Below, one piece after another: positions 24,337 through 37,505 of a stretch of DNA of 64,000 nucleotides. The notes under the pieces were generated by a model. It made no database searches, was not told where the DNA came from, and worked only from the letters and a program-made list of their open reading frames with translations. The position numbers and the translations under genes were made by a program. The stretch is from Eremomyces bilateralis CBS 781.70. Lineage: Eukaryota. The DNA is taken from the NCBI GenBank assembly GCA_010015585.1, contig ML975165.1; one strand, given 5' to 3'. Each line of letters begins with the position of its first letter. Position 1 is the first letter of the stretch.

Positions 24337-24948
24337 TAAGTTAAATAAACGGTTATTACCAGACACCAGTTCGGCGCATGATTTGTCTTATCAGCACGGC
24401 CGAACCATGAGCTAATTAGGGTGTGAGGCGGGGCCACGCCTAGCAATCCCATTGGATGAGAACTAACCCCACATCCACCTCTTGGTGCGAGTCTTATCTC
24501 CGATCAAGAGTCCTTCGTGCATCCAGAAGCCTTCACTTCTAGCGCCACTTCCTCGCATGACGATAAACCACCTTGGATGCCCAATTGCCACGCGAGATTG
24601 AACCTGAGTTCGAGATCATGGGCGGGGTTCGAAGCCAATTGTATCCAATAACCATTCATGGAATCATGGTTCCTCCTACTAGTTCGCTGAATTAGTGGGG
24701 GATGGGTACAGTAGTCGAGAGGGAGAACGGTCTTGTGGAATATCTTGCCCATGCTTATCTGCAGTTCTCCCCGTAGTCGAGAACTTGGGAACGGTAGCTT
24801 CGTAGATCGTTTGGTTAGAAACGGAGGTAAGTATCTGACCTGGTCTTCTTCACCTGCCTCTTCATTCAAGTTTGTGAGCGTGGACATCGTTAATCTTCCG
24901 CGTGTATTGCTGTCTCATTGTTTGTTTGATGCATCGCGAGCAGCAAAC

Positions 24949-26661
24949 ATGGCAAACAAGGACGAGAAAGTCGTCGATGGCCCCATGACTTCCGCGATTA
25001 CGTCTGACGAACTCCGGACGGACGATCATGAGCTGGTCAATGCAAGTGGGCATGCCCAAGAGCTGGAGCGAAACTTCAGTCTACTCAGTGTCGCGTCGGT
25101 ATGTGATTGAATGAACGCGAGGCGCAACAGGGAAGCAATTGACTCTTCCATAGGTTGGTATAACCACTGGGAATACCTGGGCTGCTCTGGGTGGCTCAAT
25201 TGCCATTGCCATCTACAATGGAGGCCCTCCAGGAGTTCTATATGAGCTGTACGATCCGTCCACTCACATCCCACCGTCTCATACTCACTTCCACATAGCA
25301 TTGCCTCCTCCGTGTTCTACTGGATGGTCGCTGCCTGCATCGCCGAGCTCGCCTCCGCCATCCCCTCCTCCGCCGGCGTCTACCACTGGGCCACCGTGAC
25401 CGCCGGCCCGCGCTTCGGCAAGCCGGTCGGCTTCTTCGCCGGCTGGTGGAACTTCTTTGCCTGGATCTTCGGCGCCGCCTCCATGTCGTCCATCGTTGCC
25501 AACCAGACCATCTCCATGTGGTCGCTGTTCCATCCCGACTACGCGTTCCAGCGTTGGCACGTCTTCGTCGTATACCTGATCACCACGTGGATGTGCTGCG
25601 CCGTCGTGCTGTTCGCCAACCGCGCGCTGCCGTATGTAGGGCAGATGGGCTTGTTCTTCATCCTTGCCGGTGTGCTCGTGTCGATTCTGGTCTGCGCCAT
25701 CATGCCGAGCACCACCGGGACCGGCCACGCCAGCGACCACTTCGTGTGGAAAGATTGGCAGAACATGTCTGGGTGGCCGGATGGATTCGCCTTTTTAACC
25801 GGGATGCTGAACGCCGCGTATGGCGTCGGCACGCCGGACTGCGTCTCGCATCTGGCGGAAGAGATTCCGAATCCGCGAACCAACATCCCGAAGGCGATCG
25901 CCGCGCAGATGGTCGTGGGATTGATCACTGCGATCTGCTACCTGGTGACGCTGTTCTACTCCATCAACGATCTGGACGCGGTCCTGAACACGAGCAACAA
26001 TTTCCCGTTGGCGGAGATCTACCATCAAGCCACGTCATCGCGAGGCGGCGCACTGGGCTTGTTGCTCGTCATCTACATGCCGACGCTGGTTACCTGCATT
26101 GGCTGCTATATCACAGCTGGTCGCATGCTATGGACGCTTGCACGAGACTCGGCGACGCCCGCGAGCGGATGGCTTCGAACGATCAGTCCAACGTGGAAAA
26201 ATCCATTCAACGCCACCCTTGTATGTGGGATTATTTGCTCGATCATGGCATGTATATATGTGGGCAGCGACACTGCGTTCAATGCCTTTGTTGGCTCGTT
26301 TGTAATATTGGTCACGCTGTCCTACCTGTCTGCTATCCTGCCTCATATGTTGACGAGGAAACGAAATGTGGCTCCCGGGCCGTTCCAGCTGAAAGGCGTT
26401 TTCGGATACACTCTCGGCATTATCTCTTGCGCCTACATGGCCGTCTTCATCGTCATATTCTGCTTTCCATTTGCTATGCCGGTGGATGCTCTCACGATGA
26501 ACTATGCGTCCCTGATCACCGGCGGGTTGACCATCTTTATAGCCGCATGGTGGTTCTGGAAGAGCACACGGGGATATGAGGGACCGAAAGGCCTAATCGA
26601 GGTTGAGGCTGCACTAGTCGCCGAAAGAAGGGCAGATTCAGTGAGCATAGAGAAGGTGTAG
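24949..26661 (+). CDS. APC-superfamily amino acid/choline/GABA permease (HNM1/UGA4-like)
   Basis: VNASGHAQELERNFSLLS, IAELASAIPSSAGVYHWA, HLAEEIPNPRTNIPKAI, GRMLWTLARD; many hydrophobic helices; two 5' introns. Confidence 0.92.
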
Positions 26662-26893
26662 GATATATTTTGAATCGCAACCACTATCTTTTGACATTGA
26701 AATGTATCGTGCCCATGGCGTCAGATACCCCTCCACCCGACATCCTCAAATTCTCAAACCTTTCGATCTATTAGCTGAGGTGACTCGGCGCCATTGAAAC
26801 CCTCGAGACACCGTGCAAATATGTTCATGGATGATTCGGAAATCATTCTGTATCTGTCCATCCCCTGGGCCCTAGAACCGATGCAAAGTCCGT

Positions 26894-28765
26894 TTAGATC
26901 TTGTCTGGGTCATTGATGCCTCCCTGCGTAATGACGTATGTCGCCTCCTTCTCAGGCATGTCTTAACCACATTAGCGGAGACCTTGTTGGAGACCCACAG
27001 AGCGATACATACCAGGCGAGTCTTGGATCTTCGCAACGCGTTCCTCGCCCCGCCCCTTCCTGAGCAACAGTCGGGTTGCTGATGCGTGAGAGAGAACATG
27101 TCCTCCCACGGCTTTGCGTCCATCCGCACCGGCGAAAAGGGCACTAGCCCCAGGGTCGCTTTGGACTTGGTTGGTCTGAAGAGATCAGCACTGTCGAAAG
27201 TTAAAGACGTGTCGAACTGACCATGAAGGCGCAGACGTTGAAGTCTATTTTATGTTAGCGTCTTCTAGAAGATCTTATTGGATAAAAGTCCTACCCTCTG
27301 CAGTACGCGTGAGCTTGTACAGGAACTGGCCGAGTTTCTGTTGACGCTCAGAGAGCTCCCCACGACCAGAGAAATCTACGCGAAAGAGAGCGATGATGCT
27401 GTCGACAATGATAAGTCGATACTCGCCGGACGCGAAGGGGTGCGCCAGCTGGTTCAGCAGATCTTGTAGATGCTGCAAACTATGTCAGTAACAACGACGA
27501 ATCCGCGGAGCGAAGGAAGATACCTCGCTATTCACTGCTCTTCCGACAAGAATATTCTCGAGACACGTATCACCATCCACTTCAAAACAGTTGGTAAGTT
27601 GTCCGCATCAGAAAGGGTCTTTGAAGGTCTGCCACTTACAGCCAAATCGCTCAGCAATCTGGTGGATCCTTTGTGGAGTAAATATCAGGCTGAGTGTAAC
27701 CGAGGAGCGAGTAGGACTCTTACCTTTCAGGCCGAAATGTTCCTTCGGTGTCTGCAGCTTGTGAGCCGAAGCGATTCTCAATGTATGAAATCGGACACTA
27801 ACCAATGTATGCAACCTTGCCTTCAGCACCACCCTGGTCCTTTGCGAGGTTAGAGTGACAATTGCTACATCCCTCAATGATAGAAGCAGTGTTTACCTTG
27901 GGAAGCTGTAGAATGGGGTTAGTCAAGTTGCAACTTGATGCCGTTCATGAACAATACAAGGGCCATACCTGAGCAATGACAGACAAAGTGTGGGCGATTT
28001 GAGTCTTCCCGCAGCCTTGTTCAAATTAGCAGAGTATTGTACCTACGAATTAAGCTATTCCGTACGATACTCTCCGAAAACCTAGATCAGTCAGAAACCG
28101 TCAGGGAGCAAATCATGTCGATAACTTACCTCACTGAGACTTGCGCTCTGGAACCCGCTGTACAATGGTAAGCATAGTCCGGACACCGTGGCGACAGGCT
28201 TACCCTCCTAGAATGGAGTCTAGGTTCTTGCTACCAGTGCTGAGCCTGAAAACTCGTTTCCGCTTCTGACCGAGTTCCATCGCCGTCATGAAGCTGAACG
28301 CTGTAGGCTGAGAGCGAGGTGAGCCGTGTGACATGTTAGCAAGTCTCGACGATTCAGCTTACCTGGCATTTCGTGATTGCCTCCTTGACTTTGTCGACCT
28401 TGATCTCACTGAAGCCTTTGATTTTGGAGAGCGTACGACGAGTCGCAGCATGGACAGACTGATTGATTAGCTTCTGTGCCGCTGCTCGATATCGTCCATG
28501 CCTCCAAAGGAGGCCATAGCCATCACAGAACTTACTGCGACTGTACAGTATCCATTGACTTTCAGCTTCTGGATATCCGCCGCATTGATACCTAAACCGT
28601 GTCAATCGTCTCATGTACGCGACGAAACCGTTAGAACCATACCATGGGCCTGGATGGCGTCAATGTCGACGATAAAATCCTGTTTTGCCTCAGATCACTG
28701 ATTCTCCTCTCAAGGTTGGGGAAGTCTACGTCTTCAATTTCGTCGCTAACCACCGAAGAAGGCAT
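26894..28765 (-). CDS. DMC1: Meiotic recombinase Dmc1
   Basis: Reconstructed across 17 exons: [26 protein letters not shown], Walker [98 protein letters not shown]. The DFSGRGEL and SDPGA signatures favour Dmc1 over Rad51. Confidence 0.93.
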
Positions 28766-29876
28766 GGTGATCACGAAAGTATGCTCCCTGAATCCGATGC
28801 TGCTACCTAGTTAAAGTGACGCTGTGATGTAGCGACTCAAACAAAGTAAATCTGATGGGCAAAATGAATGAACATGTAGTACCTTCGTGAAGATGTTCCT
28901 CGAACGAGTATCGAAACGGGAGGTATTCAAATTGCTAGAGGGCCATTGAAACAGGCAGTTCAGGTCGCGCCTACCGTTTGGGGACGATGTCAAGGCCTGA
29001 GGCCTGATTTGACAGCTTGGGCAGGGAAGTACCCAAAGGGGGTGGCTCCTTCCCTATATGATGTTCCAAAGTCATGTGTCTGCTCACATGATTCATCGAG
29101 TATAATTCGCGTTGATCGCAATGACGTGGGCGGACATATATGTATTTCAGTTCGTAGGGCATCCCGCGATACCAAACACGGGACGGCGGACAAAGGGCAG
29201 GTCAAAATCACAACGTGGACAGAAGTAGATAGTCAGATAGGCCATGATGCGACTGTGAATTTAAGAACTACTTGCCCAACTGTGTGTGGAAGAATAAAAA
29301 ACGGGAAAACGAAAAGCATCACGATGGATGCCAAACAACCTTCAAGAGGCTGGCCGACACATGCAGAAACACCACCTTCACTCTTTAATCTCCCTTCCAT
29401 CTGAACTTATCCCCAGCTCCGCCTGAAACTTCGCTCTCGGGTGACGTCTCGTCACCTTGCCGTCACTTCCCTCACAGCTCTCCACCATCCTTTGCCTTCG
29501 TTGGATACTCGCAGATGTTGGTCCAGTGGAACCTGGCCCGATCGCCGACCATGATACATGATCGAACCTCACTGGAATGGATAGAGTACAGGACTGAAAA
29601 CCTCAGGCCTTTCGTCGACCGGCCTTGAGGTGTGTAAAAGGGATGCAAACGCATGGGTATCGGGATCTCATCAACGTGGTAGAGGGTCGTGTAACGTCAT
29701 GCCGGTGTCGGGAAAAGGTGTAAGGGCAACCGTGGGCATTGGTGAAACGATCGTGATAAGGTAGGAAAGTGAATCGAAAAGGAAATTGATGCACTCCAGC
29801 TACAAGATGTAGCGTTATATCTCTTAACAGGGATAAATTGTGCCGTGCCTCTGCGCTATATAATCGGTCTGCACAA

Positions 29877-30749
29877 TTAGGCGACCGCAGGAGCGGTAGG
29901 CGCAGGCACACTTTGAACGGGTGGGATGCCGTCCCCATTGACTTCGCCAGCCTGAGGGCATTCCTTCGAGATGTGGCCGACTTCACCGCAGCGGTAGCAA
30001 GTCTTCGCAGCTCCAGATCCAAGAGGTCCTCCGTTCGGGGCGGTGCAGTCGCGAGAGATGTGACCGAGCTTTCCACAGGCGTAGCACTTCATCGCCTGCG
30101 CTTGACAGTCGCGGGCGAAATGGTTGGGACCGCCGCATTTGTAGCAAGTCGCAGCGCGAGGAGCACCACCGGCAAATCCACCGCGCATGCCACCATAGCC
30201 ACCGCGTATGCCACCCGCACCACGAGGGGGTCCAGCACCAATTCCTGGCGCGGCCGCACTCGTACACTGACGCTACTTCTTGTCAGAACACCAGCACTCA
30301 TCAACTCCCACACCCACTCACAGCTAGATGGCCAGGCTGTCCACAGTTGTAGCAGCGACCACTGGTTGCACCACTCAATCGAAGGGTCGGGCAGTCAGCC
30401 TGGACGTGTCCGAGGCCTTGGCAATGGTAGCATTGCTTCGCTAGTCGAGTGTCAGGCATTGTCCATCAAGGATTCCAATTGCGAGATGCTTACATTCGGT
30501 CGTTCGTGGGTGAGGGCAAGCGTTGGACTCGTGGCCTGGTTGCTTGCCTAACGAGCCGATTAGCACTTATCCGAGACATTGTCATGGTGGCGCATGCACT
30601 TACAGTTATAGCAAAGTCGTTCAGACGATGAGCAGACCTCTAGTCTATCCGTTAATATTGACATCACGTCATCCAGCCCAGCTCGACGTACCGGCATAGT
30701 GGCCGACGTTGCCACACTTGTAGCATGCACGACGCGAAAGTGAAGACAT
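29877..30749 (-). CDS. CNBP/Gis2/Byr3-like multi zinc-knuckle nucleic-acid-binding protein
   Basis: MSSLSRRACYKCGNVGHYA...; seven CX2CX4HX4C knuckles and an RGG box across several introns. Confidence 0.92.
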
Positions 30750-32570
30750 CCTGAATCCTGATCCTTCCGTATGTTCCTATTCCTGTACTCGATTCGAATG
30801 TCAGATATTCAGGTCGATCGAAGCGCTACGGCTGGCCAAGAATGCGACGGAGGAGAGGTGATAGATTCTTCGCAAGGCCGAAACGTGGCGGTGAAGCTAG
30901 CTAGCTCCAGGTCAAGGCAACAACTCGATCGCAGTTCAACGACAGTCAACCTCCAAAATTGCGATCGGAAATGCGCAACGTGATTGGATTGCGTGAATCG
31001 ATTGGGGTGAGTGTTCGTTTGATGGAATATATTGGAATACCTTTCAACGGCTTCCCGAGCTCTCTGCAAATCCTTTCATTGTCAGCATCAGGATGAGAGT
31101 TGGCGGAAGTGAAGAGCCACGGCAAGATCTCATGACAAGAGCGTCCAGCGGCCAATCAAGCCACGAGTAGAAAGGATGAAGAATGGATAACCTACAGTAG
31201 TCCAAAATCTCAAAGCTCCTGTCCTAACCTTCCCGCAGCGACTCGACTCGTCCGTCCCACCAAGAGAAACACCGGAAGATATAAGTTTAGTGTTACGAAG
31301 GGCATCCGTGTCGTGGCGGAATGGATGGGAAGTTAGTTTTGAGGGGGAGAAAGGTTCAGAGGACGGACGGGGAACAGCGGTCCTGTGCTGAGAGCGTCCT
31401 GGACTCCTGGTGGAGTGCTGCGCATGCGGCGGGTGCTGAGGGCGTCTGGGGGTGCCAGCCAATTAGGAGTGGCTCTGACCTGGTCGCCCACTCAGCCACG
31501 CATGCCAGCTCTGTCACCCATCGCAATTTGCAGCAAAGTTGGCGGTTGCTAGGGAGTGCATAGCTAATACCTACGCCTACACCCCAGGGCGGGCTACATC
31601 ACCGCCTGCACGGACAGCACCGACATCCGCACAACCTGCAAGTCTTCTGCAACTGCTGCACAGTGTACTCCTCCAAATCTCCAACTGTCCACCATCATGA
31701 AATGCTAGAATGTGAAAATCCCTCCATACTCCTGCATACTCCATGCCCGATGATACTCACCTCCGGCATGTTCCCTTTGCTCATCGCTCCCCTGCAGCAA
31801 AACCAGGCCTCGGGATGTCGGGATGGACGGACAATGCAGCCGAATCGACAGGCCAATTGTCCAATAAACCTGACAGTCTCTGTAAAAAGGGACACATCTT
31901 TTCTGGCATCCTGACACTTTGTCCATTCGTTCGCAAAACCTATTAGCCAATCATCTCTTCAGGGCTCCTCAGGATGGTTTCGCTTCTATGGCTTGTTTAG
32001 GCATGTGAGTTGACATGTTCATACTTCATACTACAAACTGATGCCATGGAACTCGCTTTCACCCTCGGGAATCTCGTATTGTCGCCTTTGCACAGGGGTT
32101 TACGTATTACTTTATTACTTAGGACTTGGATTACGGATTGGTGCCCTTAGTTTCATCCATCCAGCTCAAACCATTTATTATTCAATTTTTTAACTTGTCT
32201 TCCTTGCGATTTGCGAAGGCATAGAGTATCTCTGTAGCTATAATTAGGAGTAATAGTGTTAAATAGGACACGACTTTCCCTCCCGTCCACACTAGTCCAC
32301 GGCGGTGCTTGGCCATTTCTTCTCATGGTTAGCGCGCTCTGAGCTCTATTCATGAACCAGACAGGATCCAGGTGGAAGAGTCTGCTCGGCTCTACTTCGG
32401 TAACATCAGGTATCCCGCGCCCCCGCTCCGTCCCGCTCATCCTCGTCGCCGACATCGCGCACCGCCACAGCATAAAATTGATTCTCACGTGCATCGTGTA
32501 GAGTCATAATTGAATGGAAATATGCCTTCGGTAGATTCATAACATTCCGGCAAATTGTACATTCCAAATC

Positions 32571-34747
32571 ATGTCGAGTAACGCCCCCATTTCAGAGGGG
32601 CGAGGGCGTAGTCAGATCTATCTCTCAACCAGAGGTGGCGCCTCCGGGGTGCGTTTTCCTTATGGGATATCTGAGCGGCATACTAAATCGCCATAGCTTT
32701 CGTTCGAGAATGCCGTGCTTCAAGGACTGGCCCCCGATGGTGGCCTCTTCTTGCCCTCGGAGGTTCCAATTGCTTCAGATTGGGTACGTTGAATCATTCT
32801 GCGACAAATTGTTTGCGGGTGCCGGGACTAAATCCAGGATTAGGAGAGCTGGAAGGACCTGTCATACACTGAATTGGCCTTCCAAATTCTGAGCTTGTAT
32901 ATATCGACCGTTGATATTCCCTCCGAGGACCTGAAAAACATCCTCAATCGAAGCTACTCGACTTTCCGGGCCAAAGACGTCACGCCCCTAGTTCATCTCA
33001 AGGATAATCTCTACCTCCTTGAGCTCTTCCATGGCCCTAGCTATTCGTTTAAAGACTGTAGGTGTGCTATATCGTCGATAGTGACTATTGACTTACAGTG
33101 ACGTAGGTGCATTGCAGTTCTTGGGAAATATCTTCGAGTATTTCCTAGTCCGGAAGAATCAGGGCAAGGCAGGAAGAGGTGGGCTCACTGATATCCTTGA
33201 CATCGTTAATCGCGCTCGGTGACTGACTGGCCTCTAGACAGACATCACTTGACAGTCGTTGGAGCAACAAGTGGCGATGTATGCGCTCTTTGTCAAGTCT
33301 TGCCGCAGACGATTACTAACCGAGTGTACAGACTGGATCGGCCGCAATCTATGGACTCCGAGGCAAGAAAGATGTCTCGGTATTCATCCTGCATCCAAAG
33401 GGGCGCATTAGCCCTATTCAACGAGCTCAAATGGTCACTGTTTTGGACGAGAATGTGCATAACCTGGAGATTGAAGGAACGTTCGATGACTGTCAAGTAA
33501 GTGAACTCGCATTGTCCTTATGGTATGCGCTCACCGAGTGTTCAGGATATCGTCAAGGCGATCTTCGGTCACTTCGATACGGATTCAAGCTTGAACATCG
33601 GCGCCGTCAACTCCATCAATTGGGCAAGGATCCTGGCTCAGATCGTTTATTATTTCCATTCCTACTTCCAACTCGTCAAGACGAATTCCATCAAGATCGG
33701 AGAGAAGGTCAGATTCGTGGTGCCCACTGGGAACTTTGGGAATATTCTTGCAGGTTTGACCCTCCGCCTCGATATATTGACCGGGACTAAATGATCTCTG
33801 CAGGATATTTTGCACAGCGGATGGGACTTCCAATAGAGAAGTTGGTCGGTACGTACAGCTTCTTTCGAATTCTGATTTTATCTATGATTTATGCTAATCT
33901 GTTTTAGTGGCAACGAATGAGTGAGCTGCATTACGATCTTGTTCTGGGCCATTGCTAATTCTAACCAAGGAATGATATTCTCGACCGGTTCTGGAGGTCC
34001 GGTACGTACGAGAAGCAACCAGTCAAAGGAGCGGAGGCAGAGGGTGGTCTGGAAACAGACGGTGTGAAGGCACACACTGAGGGCTGCAAGGAGACGCTTA
34101 GTCCGGCGATGGACATTTTGGTCTCCAGTAACTTTGAGAGACTCATGTTCTACCTTGCCAAACGTAAGTTATTCAGTGATACCAGTCACCAAGCACTGTC
34201 TGCGCTCTGGATGTGCTAATCGGATGCAGAATTCGCATTAACCAACGGTATGGACGACGAGTCGAGCAACAAAAAAGGAGCACAAGACGTTGCATCCTGG
34301 TACCAATCCCTCAAAACAACGGGCAAGTTCGGGCCCGTGCCCCAAGATCTCCTCGAAATCGGCCGCCGTACCTTCGAAAGCGAGCGCGTGAGCGACCCCC
34401 AGACTGTCCAGACGACGAAGGCCTACTACGAATCAGTCGGGTACATCCTCGATCCGCACTCTGCGGTCGGCGTCACTGCTGCCGAACGATCCATCTCGCG
34501 AGCTGGCAAGGACGTCTCGCACATTTCGCTGTCGACCGCGCATCCGGCGAAGTTTTCGTCGGCTGTCGGACTGGCGTTGGAGGATGAGAAGGACTTCGAT
34601 TTCGAGGCGAAGGTGCTTCCTGAAGAATTCCGTGGCCTCTTGCAGAAACAGGAACGGCTCACGACGGTGGAGAACTCCTGGGAGCATGTGAGGGAGCTTC
34701 TCAAAAAGCAAGTGGAAGAGGAGTTGAAAGCCGGAAGCAGCAGCTAG
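32571..34747 (+). CDS. THR4: Threonine synthase
   Basis: YLSTRG, GLAPDGGLFLP, LELFHGPSYSFKD (PLP lysine), VVGATSGD.GSAAI, GAVNSINWARILAQ, VPTGNFGNILAG, LDPHSAVG, STAHPAKF; about 10 introns including a 13-nt exon at 33908-33920. Confidence 0.96.
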
Positions 34748-34933
34748 GCGGGCATATGTCGGTATATTGTGGTTTCACTTCATGAGAGGATTGTAGAGAT
34801 TACAGAGTCAAATAGAGCAAACATGCGCCGCTCGAGGACATATTCCATGGTCATCGAGTAAGATAGTATATATAAGTCTGAGTATTTGACGTTGCGTCAT
34901 CATTCATGATCTTTCCCCATATTAGGATCATCT

Positions 34934-35425
34934 CTAATAGTACGGAATTGCTGCGATAGCCTCAATCTCCACCAGGAAGTCTCCAGGTAGCTTGGCCACC
35001 TGCAGGGCCGTACGAGCAGGCTTGGGGTACGGCAACATCTTTTGATACACCTCGTTCATCGCTGCATAATCTTCAATATCGGCAAGGAAGACGGTGCATT
35101 TGAGGATATTCGCCAACGACGTCCCGGCCTCTTCGAGGACGACTTCGATGTTCTTGATGATTTGTGCCTGTACAAAACGTTAGCACGTTCATGAAGGGGG
35201 GTGTATTCACTATTAGCTTACGGTTTGATTCTTGATACCTCCTTCGACTATAGAACCGTTGAATGAAGGGGTTGTCCCTGATGTGTACACCAGTCCTTGG
35301 GCCGTGGCACCGCCAGACAAGAGTTTACTCTGGCTTCCGAGATAGGTCACCGGTCCAGTAGCGTTGTAGGCGCAAGCGGTACCAGCTACTGCGAGGCACG
35401 TAGCGAAGATACTAATGAGCTTCAT
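34934..35425 (-). CDS. RidA/YjgF/UK114-family imine/enamine deaminase with N-terminal signal peptide (145 aa)
   Basis: Intron 35168-35221. MKLISIFATCLAVAGTACA signal; LVYTSG, GIKNQT, ILKCTVFLAD..DYAAMNEVY, PKPARTALQVAKLP..LVEIEAIA; catalytic Arg of the PAR motif is present. Confidence 0.9.
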
Positions 35426-37505
35426 ATTCAGGACGTGTAGTGTAAGATTGTTGGAGTAAATGAGCAAGGACTTTCAATAGAACGGCTTTTGTTGGATAGT
35501 ACTGGCGAAAGTTGCAATGACTGGACTTGACAAAAACGCTTCTTCCTGACAACAGTAACTCAACATTTAGAGAGATTCATCCAAGTAATTATACCAGACT
35601 TCGTCACAGCACGGTGTCTATGCTGCGGCACTTTTCCTTCTCATGCCCAGAAGCGGCGGGACTTGATATCAGGAGCTGTGCATCTAGGCGCCTTGGCCGA
35701 ACACGGAAAGATATCCATCGTATCTCATTTACCTAAGTCTTCGAGTTCTTGACATGTTATACGAAGCAATCGTTCAAGATAGCTGATAGATCGTCACTTC
35801 ATCAGTGGTCACTGGTCAAGAGTGCAGGTAAGCTTGGTGTGGAGCAACGGCTGACCCCCGGCGAATACGAGATAGAGATCGGCAAAACTCGGTGAACTAC
35901 TTAGAGGTTAAAATCCTACGAACGGTACCTTATCTATTAGGTTTTAGGAATGGGGATTGGGGACATCATTCTATCAAAGATGAAAGAACCAAGCCTTTCC
36001 AATGCCCACAGCAGAAGGTTGCGGAGCCCTATCCCCCAGCGCTTCCACACTGCACGCGAGCGATCTTCAGTTCCCATCCGATGATCTGAAGCTCTCCAGT
36101 GCCGTTATTCCTTAGAATGCCGAAATGCAGGGTCTCAGAGATCGGCTGCCGATCAATTCGCGTGCAATGATATTCTAGAATAGACAGAGACCCACTAGCC
36201 TTTCAACATCAATTAGATATGACACATCGGTTCTCTGCGGTCCAGAGCTGTCCAGGTCTCAGGTCTCAACCAATCCATCATGTTCACCGTATTCTCCGAA
36301 ACGTTACATTGCTCCAAGCCTCCAGCAACTTGATGAGCGAGGGCAAGCCGTATCTTGGAGCCAAGAGACCGGAATGAAACCTAATTTCCTCCATCCATTG
36401 ACTGGCGAAAGTATCCGCAGTTCCGCACCCACACCACTCGTGTGCCAGACGCCAGTATTAATCGTCAGCAGAAGACTACGGCTGTCTGGGGCAAATTCAA
36501 GCCGGGCTATAATCGAAGTCGCTAACTTGTGGAGCAGCAGGATGAAGTAAATCGCAATGTGTGGGGGGCGTTGTCGCTCGTCCATAGCCCATCTCGCTCT
36601 GCTGTTCGATTTGGAGCCTCTTGACTCTTGAGAGTCGTCTAGACAGCTTCAGCTTTGAGCTTCCCGAAGAGAAGCATATCGGCATGCTTCATTCCGTGCG
36701 CGGATGAAGTTGTGGTAAAATTACCTGAAGGGGAAAAGCGCATGATGGTGGTCGTTTAGCGAATTCATCCTCCACAGTCCAACAGTTCATGGGGATAAAT
36801 CATGGCTGCAGCCTGCAGGCTTGCCCCTGTCGATTTCTCCAACCCGCCAAGCGGACAACAACCGATATCAAGATCTTCCTCCGGCCGCCGTCCCCACTCC
36901 TCTATTTAAGTCCTTATCAATTCTTTAGACGACACACCATTAGTACACAAGGCGAAAAGATCGGCATATGTACACTACAGCACACTACTGTCAACCGACT
37001 AACAGACAACAGTTCGGCCACCAAGTTCGTACCGATATCAAGTTGCGAACAAGCGACCTCATCCCCCCGGATATTCCACCGTTATCCACCACGTTTAAGG
37101 AATATGCCTCCTATCAGCGTGGGTGACGATAATGATCATCCCGCCGACTGGCCCGGAGATTACAATTTCCCTGCTAAAAGATCCCGCGGCCACGATGGCA
37201 GTGCATATTACGATAGACTTCCTAGTCAACGTCACCTACGCGAGTGTTCGCAGGAATCGTCTAAGACATGATCGCCCGTCGGCCTTTAGAACAGTCATAA
37301 GATTGATACACACTTGAAAGACCCTTAGCAGCCCGATATTATCGTATCTCGAGGTCGCCGAAATGCAGACAGCAATCCGCACTTGGGAGTTCGGAGGGCT
37401 TGAGGTTGTGGAACCAAGTACTCTTATAAGAGGAGAGTGTTCCGCTGTTGGAAGTCCGTGAGAGCTTCATCGATATCATCAAGTCAATTGCTATTATATG
37501 CCAAG

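Noticed and set aside
25446..26579. 377-aa alternative-frame ORF inside the permease
   Set aside because: Arg/His/Leu-rich composition expected from a shifted frame of a high-GC3 gene.
32571..35425. Functional THR4-RidA link via enamine detoxification
   Set aside because: The genes are convergent and the Rid appears secreted while threonine synthase is cytosolic; the LAAO pairing is a better explanation.
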